DNA of 64,000 nt from assembly GCA_964016885.1 (NCBI GenBank), contig OZ024743.1:353710001-353774000 (forward strand), in the 5' to 3' direction. The notes under the pieces are model-generated. The model was not told the DNA's origin. It made no database searches and saw only the letters and a list, made by a program, of their open reading frames with translations. This document shows, piece after piece, positions 27,700 to 40,428 of this stretch. The translations under genes were made by a program, and so were the position numbers. Source of the DNA: Eledone cirrhosa (Eukaryota). Position 1 is the stretch's first letter. Each line of letters opens with the position of its first letter.

Positions 27700-30600
27700 A
27701 ATAATAATAATTTCTTTATTAGCCTCAAGGGCCTACATATAGGGGACAATACAGAGACAGGGACAATAGGGGTTTACATATAAAACGTGTAAAAATTATA
27801 AATAATAATAACAAAATAACAAGAAAAATACAACAATGAACATTTCCAAATAGGAGGGTATAACCACCCAGGGGCGACTCAGGTGCCTCACCAATCCTGA
27901 ACCACCTGACGCTTCGAGGGCACCCGGGAAGGGTACCCCTCTTCTCCTCAATTAACCAGCCTACAGACGCATGCTCAGAGTAGGCCCATTTACACGGGTC
28001 ATTCTCGCCACATTCACCCATTTTTTAGCAATTGTACTAGGTGGGGGCAGCACTTCTCCCTCCACCCTCACCTTCCTTTCCAAGTGGAACTTGAAAAAGT
28101 TGATGAGGAATTAACCGAAGAGAAAAGTATCTGTCTTTCGTCTTTCAGTCTCGTCCAACACAACCCCTTTCGCTACAGCCACCAGATAGAGGAAAACTGC
28201 TTGCCCTTCCCGACCAAAAGAAAGCAGTTGATAGCTGGATTCGTCCCACACGCGATACCAGCTTTTCGACATAACTCCACAAGTCAGTAATACACGGACA
28301 CTGAACGAGTGCGTGCAGAGCGGTTTCGTCGTATTGCGCGCATCTCGGACAGGTCCGTCTGACCGCACTTCCGTGCTTGTTGACTTTATCTCGAACTGGC
28401 AGTACTCCCCATAATACTGCCAGTTCGAGATAAAGCCAAAATATAGGGACTTCTAGAAGTTATCCTTAGTCCTCGAAAGTCATCCGGAACATATTTGTCA
28501 GTTCGATTTCATCACCACCCAGAGCCTCTCCGAGAGCGCCGACGTACTTGCTCACCACTAATCCACAAGAGAATTCTAGAGAGGAATTTCCACTGAACAC
28601 ACTGCCCGCCTGGAAGAGGGCTGTGAGCGCCTGGCAACATTCCAGATGCCAAGCGCCTGGTAACATTCCAGATGCCAAGCGCCTATTCTCGGTCTCTTTT
28701 TGACCCAGGACTGCAGCTCATTCAGAGACGAGCTGTGGAAACGGCGACCACACCTTTTCACCCCATAAGAATATCTGAAGAGATCGTAGCCTCAGCAGAT
28801 GTTGTATATCATCAACCACGGCATGCCAGCCCTCCGATTGAGGGTGCTGGAAACAGATGGATTGCTTCACCAATGGCACATTCTAGAAGAAGTTGAAAAG
28901 CAGATGTTCCAATATGGTGAGGTGCAAAAGGCATGACGGCCAGGTGGTAGTAGATGTCGAACGTCACCTCCACCGGACCTGTCAGGAATACTTTTCTCTC
29001 GGCCCATTTCTGCGTGAAATTGGCCACCATGCTCGTTATCTCCACCTGGAGATCTGGTCCGAACCAGATCCCCGGGCAACTTCATTAGTCCGTCCAGGGA
29101 TACCCTCCAACAGCTCCAGCTTCTGCAGGAAATGATCGAGAATCAATACATACAGAAGGGAGGAGAGAGTGAACCCTTGACGAACCGATCGTGTGATCTG
29201 AAACGGTTCCGAAAAGTGGCCATTTACTTTGAACACCGAGCGTATGAGGCTGTGCACTGAAGCAATCCAGCCCCTGAAGACGGGTCCGAAGCCGGCTACC
29301 TTGAAATCAGTCTCTACCAGATCCTTGACGATAGGCGACAACCTCTTCGCTAACACCTTGCCCCAAATTTTAAACTATTTGCATAAGTTATGGGCCAGAA
29401 ATTCTCTAAAGTATCCCTCTTGTTCTCGTCTTTCTTCGTCAGCATTACTACACTCCAGCTCACAGAACTGCGAATACTCCCGTTCTGCTGCCTGTTGTAG
29501 TAGACCGCTTTGAGGAGATCGGAGAACAAGTCTGGCATATTTACGTAATACCCGTAGGGCAGACCATCCAAACCAGATGACTTGCGTCTCGTGCAGCCAA
29601 CTAAGGCATCCCGAATCTTGGCCTTTCGCAGCGTTCAGCATCGGATGGAAAGAGACGGGGTAGGCCGTCGAGATAGGGACTGAAATCCGGTACCAACTCC
29701 GACATCTCGCTCCCCCCCAAAAAACTGTTGAGAAAAGTGCTGGCGGAGTCGTTCAGCACGCGTTCGTCTCGATTCGTCAAAGAGCGAATCGCGGTTTTGT
29801 TATCACACTGTGCCTTTGTCTCTCGGGCCATTCGAACAGATTTCGTTCCCTCGTTTCGTAGAGAACGTGCCTTATTTCCGATAATGCAATTTTCGTGTTT
29901 CGCATTGATAATGCCAACTCGCCGCTAACACGTCAGTTGCAATGCCACTACAAACAGTCTAATTCAGCTACAAGCTCTTCCTCCTTTCTATTTTTTCAAC
30001 TCTACTTCTTTACTAAAATCTATTGAAACTACTCTAATATCTGTTTTGAGAGCAGCCCATCAATGTTGTTGATGACCCTCCTCTTGGAAAATCACAGTTA
30101 ATTAAAGTTGTGACCCGGTCCCTGTAGGCTTTACGCGGCGAGAATGATGTGTTTAGCTTCCAGTAACCAGTTCCTAGCTTACATGTTCTATCTAGGTCGA
30201 CCATGCAGATCTCAAATTTGCGATCTGAATAGGCGACCGTTCGGAAATGTGGACAACCTATAGTATCTGCTAACCTAACGAAAATCCTATCTATATACTA
30301 TCTAGATGATCCTATATGGTTTGTCCAGGTCCAGATTGGCGCATTGGGAAATATCTAGTCGGTATCTGTCAAACAGTTGGAACTGTACCCCGCTAACAGT
30401 AAAAGGAGAGACGTTCCAAGAAAGGCCTCCAGGTGCCTAAACTAATATAGCCGTTCGGCCCCGGTCAGGAGGTAGATGGCCACGCGTTTAAAGGCACCAC
30501 CTTCGCTATTGCTCACGTCCAGGACCACGAACTTACCATCCGAGTACACGAAGATCGTCCTTACATCGAGATCCAGGCCTTTCCTAAGAGACACGAAGAT

Positions 30601-32520
30601 CTGATACTCATCGAAAATGGGTGCTCATGCGCGTGTGTTGCAAATCCTGGTTTTGCTGACAGCTGTCACATCCATATCCAGTGACTTGAAACCATTCAAC
30701 AAGTGATCCTGCTTCTAGGACGACCCCAGGCCACGAACATTTAGACAAATTACTCTTATGATCGCCATGCTGGCTGGTTGATCAAAAGAGAAACAGGGGG
30801 TGAGACTACTTACCTTCCTGGCTCTGTTAGAGATCGGTGGTTCGATCTTCATGTCTGGTGGGTGTTCCTTTAGGAACCCATTTAAAAGCCTGCTGTCACT
30901 TTTACATTTGAGGTTCCCACGTCATGCGGGAAGCTCTGCCTAATGTTTTTGAGGTGCTGATGGTAAAACTCTTGCCCTCCCTCTGAATTTCGTCACTTTG
31001 TGCTATGAGGTCCATCGGTTCCTAGTTGACCCATCTTATTAGCAAAATGCTTGGTGTCTGTGTGATTATTATTTATTGGAGTTGTGCGCGATTTCGTTTG
31101 AGTGCTGGTGGTGGTGGTAGTGTTGTGGATGTGTCGGTGTTTGTTGTGCATGAGCTGTCTGCGTTTTCTGTAGCGCGCGCGATGTTTGTGTTATTCTTTA
31201 TTTTTCTTGTGCTCGTGTTTTTGTTTTTTTTTGCTCTTCGTGTTTGTCTCCCGTCTTCGCGTAGCGAAGAAGAGGTTTCTGTGTTACTTTCAGATGTATG
31301 TGTGTTTGTATTTGCGTGGGTGTGTATGTGTGTATTTGTTTGGAGATAGGAAGAGGGAGTTGGAGAGCTTTCCTCGTCTTCCCTTTAAGTTGATTCTATC
31401 TTGGTTGTTGTCGGTAGTGATTTAGCTGCTGCTGTGGCCTCTACTGTTGCTGCTAGTACTGGCGTTGTTGGTTGTACGATTGGTTGTCCCGGCATCGGTG
31501 TTGGCTGCAACGGAGGTTTGCAGCACCCTGCCTTTTCCAGATGAGGGCAAAAAGCTCACAGATGTGTGGCTTCATCACAAACAAAACAGAAGGGTTCAGA
31601 GCCATCTGCCGCCATGCATTTAACGTCCAGTCATGGCGTGATCCTGGAAACGCGTACCCTTACACTTCCTCCTCCACAAGTAGGACGAGTACATTACAAT
31701 TTGGTCCGACTTGCAGGGGATCACCGAATGTTTAATAGCAAGGGCCTCAATTTTGAAGAGTATCGACATGCTCCTGAATTGTTTGGCCCTTGCTAATGCT
31801 CAATGTCATATATGATGCACTTTAGTGCAGGCTCCACTTGTGCTTGGGTAGCCATCTCAACCTTGTAAGATTACACCGAAATGCACTTATATTTCAGAAT
31901 TCTACTCTGTCGCTGCTATCATCTCTGCTGGGAGGTTTAAGTTGGTTCAGATCTTTTCTCTGGTGATGAGCTTCTTCGCCTGGGCCAAACATTCTTTCTT
32001 TTATATTAAATTCATTGAGTACAAAGTTTCGCCGTTTGTAGCTGTGGCTGAAAAAGTGCTCTAGTTATTGTTCATGTTGTTGTTGCTGCTGTTAGTGTTG
32101 TCGTTGTTCACGTTTTTGTTGTTGGTGTTGTCGTTGTTGCTATTGTTGTTGGAGTTGCTGTCATTGTTGCTGGCGTTGTTGTTGTTGTTGTTATTATTAT
32201 TCTCACTTTTTTTGTCGCTGTTCTCACTGTTGGATTTTTGTTGTCGTTGTCATTGCAGTTGTTGCTCTCGTTTGTTATGTTTTTGTTGTAGGTGATGCTG
32301 CTGTTGTTGTTGACTAGACTATCTTAAGTGGGGGTACTTTTCATAAAGGGTGGTGGTGGAGAGGGGGCCCAAATATTCTGAGGTTGCCTTTTCGCGGGGC
32401 AAAGATGGGTGACTTATGACCCCTTGGCAATAAAAAGTTACAACAAAATCCAAATTTAAACGACTTAATTCAACAATCCCATCGGCGATCAGAATCGCAC
32501 GACTTCACACTTTAGCCGCC
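27700..32520 (-). mobile_element. Near full-length degenerate Tx1/L1-clade LINE (ORF1 with zinc-knuckle relic; APE-RT ORF2)
   Basis: ORF2 start MAIIRVICLNVRGLG at about 30768; RT motif FQITRSVRQGFTLSSLLYVL; WAERK; (ATT)n-like 3' tail; many stops and deletions. Confidence 0.85.
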
Positions 32521-32534
32521 AATAATAATAATAA

Positions 32535-33126
32535 TAATTGTTTCTACTTTTCGCACAAGGCCAGCAATTAGCCCAATGCATTACTGGTGCTTTATTTTGT
32601 AAACCCCGTAATGTTGAAAGGCAAAGTTAACCTCGGCGGGATTTGAACTCAGAACGCAAAGGGCCATAACTCAATGCTGCAAAGCTTGGTGTCTGATGCT
32701 CTACCGATACTGCCAATCCACCGCCCTAATGATTTCTACTATCGACACAAGGCCAGCAATTTAAGGGAGGGGAAAATCAATTAAATTGACCCCAGGGAAT
32801 TACTGGTGCTTCATTTTATCGACCTCGTAAGAATGAAAGGCAAAGCTAACCTCGGTGAGATTTGAACTCAGAATGGACGAGTAGCATAAGGGTAAAGCAT
32901 AATATTTTTTTGTAATATAAATAATAACGATTCTTAATCTTTTAATATATTTTTTGTCATGCTATCATTATGATAGCAATTTCTTTTGATATAAATATTT
33001 TTTTTTTTTTAATAATTGTTTCTACTTTAGGCACAAGGCCAGCAATTACCCAGTGCATTACTGGTACTTTATTTTATCGACCCCGTAAGGATGAAAGGCA
33101 AAGTCAACCTCGGCGGGATTTGAACT
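32535..33126 (-). mobile_element. Three major-SINE copies
   Basis: Copies at about 32535-32727, 32730-32875 and 33010-33126. Confidence 0.85.
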
Positions 33127-33339
33127 TTTTTTTTAAAATAATAATACCAATACGGATATAAAATAACAACAAAAATAACACCACCTCTACCATCACAAAC
33201 ACCATCATTAATTACCACAAATAACAATTATAATAGTTGATTCTAACAAAGGTACATGGCCAAACATTTTAGGGTAGAATTTAGTCGATTAAATCGATGT
33301 CAATACTTGACTAGTACTTATGTGATTGACCCATGGAGA

Positions 33340-34612
33340 GACAGGTCCATACTGTCCAACAGAGTCGTCGGGTGCTGGACGGACGGAGTGATTAAATTGT
33401 AGGGGTCTGGTTTGGTCAAGATCTTCATATGGACAAAAACTGTGATGAGGTGATGAGCTGGGTGGCCTCTCTCACCCAGAAATGGGCTGAAAGGAAGCTA
33501 TGTCTGAAAGGTCAGGCAAAGGTGGCGAACGCGTACATCGCTTCAGTCATCTACTACCGCCTGACCGTCGTGTCTTGTCCCGGTCTACGCCTGACCGCAC
33601 TGGAGCGCCTACTCTTTTGATTCTTGTGGAAGGAACAGGTTCCATTTGTCAGGCGGTCCATTTGCTGTCAGCAACCACTGCGTGGAGGGCTGAACTTACT
33701 GTGGCTAATGATGCGCAAACATGCACTGAGGCTAGGATACCTCCAGCTCTTCATTGACGGTAAACAAGTGTGGTCGCTGTTCAATAGACATGTTTTCCCC
33801 AGCTCGTCTCCTTGAAAGAGTTGCAGTTCGGGGTCAAGCGAAAACAGAGAGAGAGGCTGTGAGCGCTTGGAGACTGGAATGCCTGCAAGTGCTCACAGCC
33901 ATCAACCAATCGGGCAATACTGTCGGTGGAAACTCAACCTTGGCGTTCTATAGAGGGTTAGTGGAGGGTAAGAGCGACGATGTCCTTGGGGAGAATCAGG
34001 GTGTCGATGAAAATCAACTAGCTAATCTTTTCCGGAGAATTTTCGGACCGCACACGTCTAGTGTCCGTGCATTACTGACTTGTGGAGTTATGTTGAACAT
34101 CAGTCCGCTGCATTCTTTTGGCCGGGAAGGGCAGGCAGTTTTCCTCGGTCTGGTGGTGGTAGCGAAAGAGTTTGTGTGGTGGACCTGGTTGAACAGACTG
34201 GAGACAGAGACTTTTCTCTTCGGCTAATCCCTCATCAACTTTTTCAAGTTTCACTTGGAAAGGAAGGTGAAGGTGGATAGAAAAGTGTCGCTCCCCAGTA
34301 CATTTGCTACAAGGTGGGTGAATGTTGCAAGAATGGGCCGTGTGAATGGGCTTACTCTGAGCATGCACCTGTAGGCTGATTGATTTAAGGAGGAGTGGGG
34401 TGCCCTTCCCCGGTGCTCTCGAAGCGTCGGGTGTTTCAGGATTGGTGGGATACCTGAGTCGCCCTGGCTGGTTATCCCTCCTGTTGGGGGAATTCTGTTG
34501 TTTATATTTGTTGTTAATTGTTTTTGTTATCATTGTTTACACGATTTTATGTAAACTCAATGTCCCTGTCTTTGTATTGTCCTATATGTTCGGCCCTTTT
34601 GGCCAATAATAA
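33340..34612 (+). mobile_element. Tx1/L1-clade LINE 3' fragment
   Basis: WAERKLCLKGQAKVANAYIASVIYYRLTVV; VRRSICCQQPLRGGL; ends ggccaataataaa. Confidence 0.85.
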
Positions 34613-34617
34613 ATTGT

Positions 34618-34648
<31 letters not shown>

Positions 34649-34653
34649 ACTAC

Positions 34654-34708
<55 letters not shown>

Positions 34709-34845
34709 GCTGCTGCTGCTGTTGCTGCTCTACTACTACTACTGCTGCTGCTACTACGGCTGCTGCTACTTTTATTGTTATTGTTTCCACTGATAAACTA
34801 ATAATTCAAATAAATCAATGTATGGAAAATGAATTAATTACTGAT

Positions 34846-34888
<43 letters not shown>

Positions 34889-37880
34889 TAATAATAATAA
34901 TTATAACAACACCAATAATAATAATTTTGATAAAAATAACAAGAAAATGAAATATGAAATTTGATTTAAAGAAAACGTTGCAACAGTAATGAATATATGA
35001 AAGAAGAAAAGAAAAAGGAAAAACAAACAAAATCTTTAAAAGTAAATAAAATTAAAAAATATAATACAAAAAGAAAATGACAAAAAATGATTAATAACAA
35101 AAAAGTGGGGATTTTCTGATTAAAAATTCAGTGAAGCGTTTAAATAATAATATCAATAGTGATATTAATGCAGTGTTGCTGATGATGTTAGTGATGAGAA
35201 TGGTATGCTATTGATGATGCTGATGATGATGGTGATAGTGATGTTAGTGATGTTAATGATGTTGAGAATGATGACGTTAATGATGATGATAATGATAATG
35301 ATAATAATATTTATAATAAAGCAGAAAAGTATTCATAAAACAAAGAAATAACTTCACAGCGGAGACAATAATAGAAACTACAAAAACAACAACAATCACA
35401 AATACAATAACAACGGCATCAACCCAAATTACAATAGAATAACAAAAAAAAGAAGAACAACAAAAAAAAACCCCCAAAACCCCACCTCCACCTCCCTTCC
35501 TACACTGTCCCCTATCACCTATTATATTCTCTCTCTTACAACAACTATTCTAGCTTCTTGTTCATTTATTAGGTCTGCAACAGAATCAAACAAACACAAT
35601 AAAACAAACAGACCGAAGACGAAAAACAAACTAATCAAACAAAATAAACTCCACTAAAACAAAATAAACTCTACTAAAACAAACAAAAAACTAAAAACAA
35701 AATGGCCGCCACTACAACGACGACACGATATCTTAATTTATTCTTCACACGCTTATGTGAATTTTACTTCGGTTTCAAACCCATCTCTTCTGCTAAGATT
35801 TCATTTATTCTAACTAGGGAGATCTACCTTCCCACTCCATTCTTCATTATCCATTCTAATGCCATTCTTTTACACAGTTCTTTAGCTAACCACCACTACC
35901 ACCACCACCATTACCTCCACTACCATCCCCGTGTTTTTGTAACACGTACTCAAAGCTGTTTCTATTCCTTTTTTAAATATATTGTCGTTATTGTTGTCGT
36001 TGATGATGCTGTTGGTGTCATTGTTGGTGTCGCTTTTTAGTTGTTGTTGGTAATAATGTTATAGTAGGGGGTGATGGCGATTTTTTTAAAATTTGTAAAT
36101 ATTTTAATTTACTAACCAACGCCACCATGCCACCCACGTTGCTACCAATTTTTAGAAAAAAATTTTTTCCTATATATTGTTTTGGGTGGGCATGCTGATA
36201 TTGTAGTTTATTTATGTATGAATACCAGAATGAATGTATATATGTCTCTGTATGGATATGTGCATCTGTGTGGGTCTATGTATTTCTATATGCGTATATA
36301 TGCATGTGTCAGTTTCGGTCTGTGCAGCCCTCTCTATCCCCTATACCACGTTCAGCAACACTTACATAGACACATGTTCATATACATAACAACACTACCT
36401 CACTCTAAACCACAACACACCACACCACACCACACCACACCAAACCACACCATACAACACCACACGAATCACCAAATCGTTCTATTCTATTCTATACCAC
36501 ACCACAACCGAGTATTCACCTCTTCTCCTCTCACCACTTCTCTCCACTCTTTTCTTCTCCATAAACTATCAATTCAAACAAATAGGCGATTATTGTTTAA
36601 TTAAAGTAATATTAATTGAAAATTAAATTTGAATTTTAAACACTGCATTCTAACAGGAATTTTTGTAATCTATGTTAAAGATTCTGTCAAAACATCCTGC
36701 AAACGAAGGGAGGGTTATAAAAATTGAGAAGTATTATAGAATAAACAAATATATAAAAACGGCAATGAAGACAAAAAGGAAACAAAATATAAAACACAAC
36801 TAAATACAGAACGATCAGATGTAACATACAACACCATAAATCTGTTGTTTATTGAGGAGCTGAAATAGCAAACTGGTTAAAGCGTCAGGTCTTTTGGTTT
36901 CCGTTTGAAAAGTTCGTTGTAAACTCGTATACTGATATTGGCTTGGTCTGTCGGGCATCAGACTACAAGCCTGACACTATATTGGCCGTCGACATTAATT
37001 ACCTTATTGTCTCTGCTTTTTCTCATTGAAGTTTCCTTTGCATCTTTCTCAATGCTGTACATACAGATGTTCAAATCCCTATTTAAAAAAGTTGTTTAAC
37101 TCCGGGAAGCACTGGTTGAGTAGCCTTTTCATCAAAAGTGTTCAAGCTATATAATTCCAGTACTTCTCCTGAGCATTGTGTCTAGGACTTTATTATCTAA
37201 TTTGTTTCACCTTTCTTTACAAGAGGATAGGTTGTAATTTGAAGCGAATATGATTGCTATTTCTAACAGGATGTTCGACCACAAATGAGGACTCGTAACC
37301 AGCTCAAAGCAGAAGCATTGTATAATTAAGAACTGCGTTTGTCACATTGAAGTCTCGCTCTCTGTCCTATTTCTATTTAATTCCATTGCAGTAAATAGGT
37401 ACGCATTAGAAGCAGAAGGATTGCATAATGTTCCCTTATATAGGCACAGCGCCGAAAATGTCCACTTCGTTGCTGAGCACTAAACAACTAATTAGATGCT
37501 GAGCACTCAACAACTAATTAGTTTAGTTGGAGATAGGACGTGTCTCGAGGGAAAAGAATTTTGCAGCAAATATGTTAGTGTCAGTTTTAATTAACTTTCC
37601 GAGTGAAAGATATTTAAATATATTTGAATAAAAGCGATCTTAACAACGCAAGAATATCTTGAATAAAATGAATGATTGTTATTTTTATATATCGATATTT
37701 CGAACTAAAGCTCCCAGACACGATGAAACAGTATCAAGATACAGTTGAAATAACTTTTGAACACCTTTTGATCGGAGTTGTAAAGGTAGCAGTAAGATCA
37801 TTTATATTCGTTGATCGAAGAATTTTATGAACAACTTTGCTGGTCAAAACCTATTACCGCGCATTATGTTTTTAGGATGT

Positions 37881-38123
37881 TACCGAATTATCCTAAAAAC
37901 ATAATTGTTTCTACTTTTGGCACAAGGCCAGCAATTACCCAGTGCATTACTGGTACTTTATTTTATCGACCCTGTAAGGATGAAAGGCAAAGTTAATCCC
38001 GCCGAGGTTAACTTTGCCTTTCATCCTTTCAGGGTCGATAAAATAAAGTACCAGTAATGCACTGGGTAATTGCTGGCCTTGTGCCAAAAGTAGAAACAAT
38101 TATGTTTTTAGGATAATTCGGTA
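37881..38123. repeat. Near-perfect palindrome made of two SINE 3' halves plus flank
   Basis: 37881-37996 is the reverse complement of 38008-38123; loop tcccgccgagg. Confidence 0.9.
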
Positions 38124-38380
38124 GCAGCAGCCGATTATAAAAATGCAAGTAGCTTTGTCTCAGAATATCCACAAATTAAAATAAGTATCAATTTAAATTT
38201 ACCTTTCTCTCTACCAACTATATTAATTCTTACCAAATATTTTTTTCTGAAATCACTTACAAATCATATTAATTTGTATCATATTTTTTTGAATATTTGT
38301 TATCTATTTCTGTCAATGTTACTTTTTTCATTTTCAATATTTACTAAATATAAGGTAAGTAATGTTCCCTTAAATATTTT

Positions 38381-38417
38381 GTATTGATGAGACACAATAA
38401 TGTCGAAACAGTTCTGC
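38381..38417 (+). ncRNA. Decayed minimal hammerhead
   Basis: gta UUGAUGA gaca-caataa-tgtc GAA ACAGUU C tgc. Confidence 0.4.
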
Positions 38418-39962
38418 CTATTAATATAGTAAATATAGTTGAAACTAAATGGAATATTACGAAGTGTTACGGAATATACTATTCAATTAATACGGGAGAA
38501 TAAATTTACAGCAAGGCTTCTTTCCCCTGTAAAGAAACCGCACAACTAATAAGAAACGAGCTTACAATGCCACAAAAATTTCAATCGAGTATATCTGAAG
38601 TTCTTTCCTCGGTGTATAGCGATGGTTGTAAGAGAACTTTACTTTAAGAATCTGGTAAAAAGCGAGCGAGTGAGTCTGAGAGAGAGAGAGAGGAAGGAAC
38701 AGTTGGCATGGAAATCTCTATAAAATGCAACTCTACTGCTACCAACGTCAGCAAAAGTCTGTAGTTAAATATGTATATGTACTCAAGATAATATTTCAAA
38801 TTCCTTTCGAAATCTGCATGAATAATTCCCTTTGTAGACGCCTTTTCAAACCTAGGCAGCACAGTCTGCCGTTGAAGCTGGAACATAGCAATAACAAAAC
38901 AAGGTTAACCATTTCATTAAACAAGCAAGTCTTTTAATGTTATCATTTATTTAATTACATATTCAGATGGAACTGTAAAAACGAATTTGTTGGTAAATAC
39001 TAAAATCGGCTTGTTGAGTAAACAGGTTTGTCAAATGTCTGGTGACTGTGAGAAAAATCATTTAAATATAAGGAGCCCTTGGTAATGAAAAGGTTCAGAA
39101 TCACTAGCTTATTTAGGTGTAAAACCCTACTTCTATAATTAGTGAAAGCATTTAAATACGTTTCTGGGATAAAAATTACCCATTAAATATATTCTGTAAA
39201 TTGACTTTAAAAGCAAAAGTGGATGATTTGAAAAATATTTTATTAACCCAAATACAAATTTCTACACACATATAAATTTCAACTCAGATATAAAATGACA
39301 GCCCAGAAACAATTTACAATGTACGCAGAAAATTTTAACAAAATTTTAATCCAGTCACAAATTTTAACGGAGACGAAAATTTAAATCCCAGATTCAAGTT
39401 TCGAAAATGTTTTATCAACGCATACATAATTCCTAACAAGTCAATTTAAAATCAAGTGGAGCTGAAAAAGAGCCTCAAATCAATGGATGAACAATTGAAG
39501 TAGCATCCAAAATTCAATATGAACGACTTAAAGGAAAATAAGGATAATAACTTTGAAGCAAAAGACCTAAATGCAGAATATTCCATAAGATATCAAATGT
39601 TATATATAATATTACATACTGCAATATCCTCTCATCTGCCACTCCTGTGAAAATAAAGCAATTGTTATAATCATCTATTGCCGTATATTTTCTTCCTTAA
39701 TGCTATTATAAATATTTAAGCTTTATCACCTTTAATAAAATATTGTATTCATTCACAACAGATGACTCTCCCAGACTGCCGACCAGTACAAACCAGAATT
39801 TCTCTACTGCAATTATCAGTTTGATAATTTTTGCTCTCCATTTGCAGCTATTATTTAAATATAAGTTGTTTTCAATTTTTGATCTAAGATAAATTGGCAC
39901 TCCCCATCTTAATAATATTTCAGCAGATTTTCTTATTCGATGCGCTCCTTATTTTTATAAAT

Positions 39963-40030
39963 AACTAGACCACCCATGACCCGTTGGGTCACGTTCACTT
40001 CAAAATATAAAAAAAAAATCATGTTCACTT
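39963..40030 (-). mobile_element. Helitron-like 3' terminus
   Basis: The minus strand has the hairpin tgaccc-aac-gggtca followed by ...ggtCTAG|T. Confidence 0.55.
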
Positions 40031-40141
40031 AAAAATAATTTTTAAATAATTAAAATATACACAGACATGTATATAATGTGAAATGAAACTGGAAGGCCCA
40101 TATATATATATATACGTGTGTGTATGTGTATATATAAATGT

Positions 40142-40187
<46 letters not shown>

Positions 40188-40387
40188 GTGTGTGTGTGTA
40201 TATACATATGTGGGTGTCTGTGATCTACATACACTGGTCATAGACACACACACACATACACACACATACACACACTCACATATACATATATACACAACAA
40301 GATCAGCTCTCTCTCTTTTCCATTTTCCTTCTCCGTCTCCTCTCCCTCTCTCTGTCTCTCTTTCAACCTACTCTCTTACAACCACTA

Positions 40388-40428
<41 letters not shown>

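Noticed and set aside
37620-37860. Possible PLE RT N-terminal relic (ILTTQEYL..KMND)
   Set aside because: Too degenerate to support
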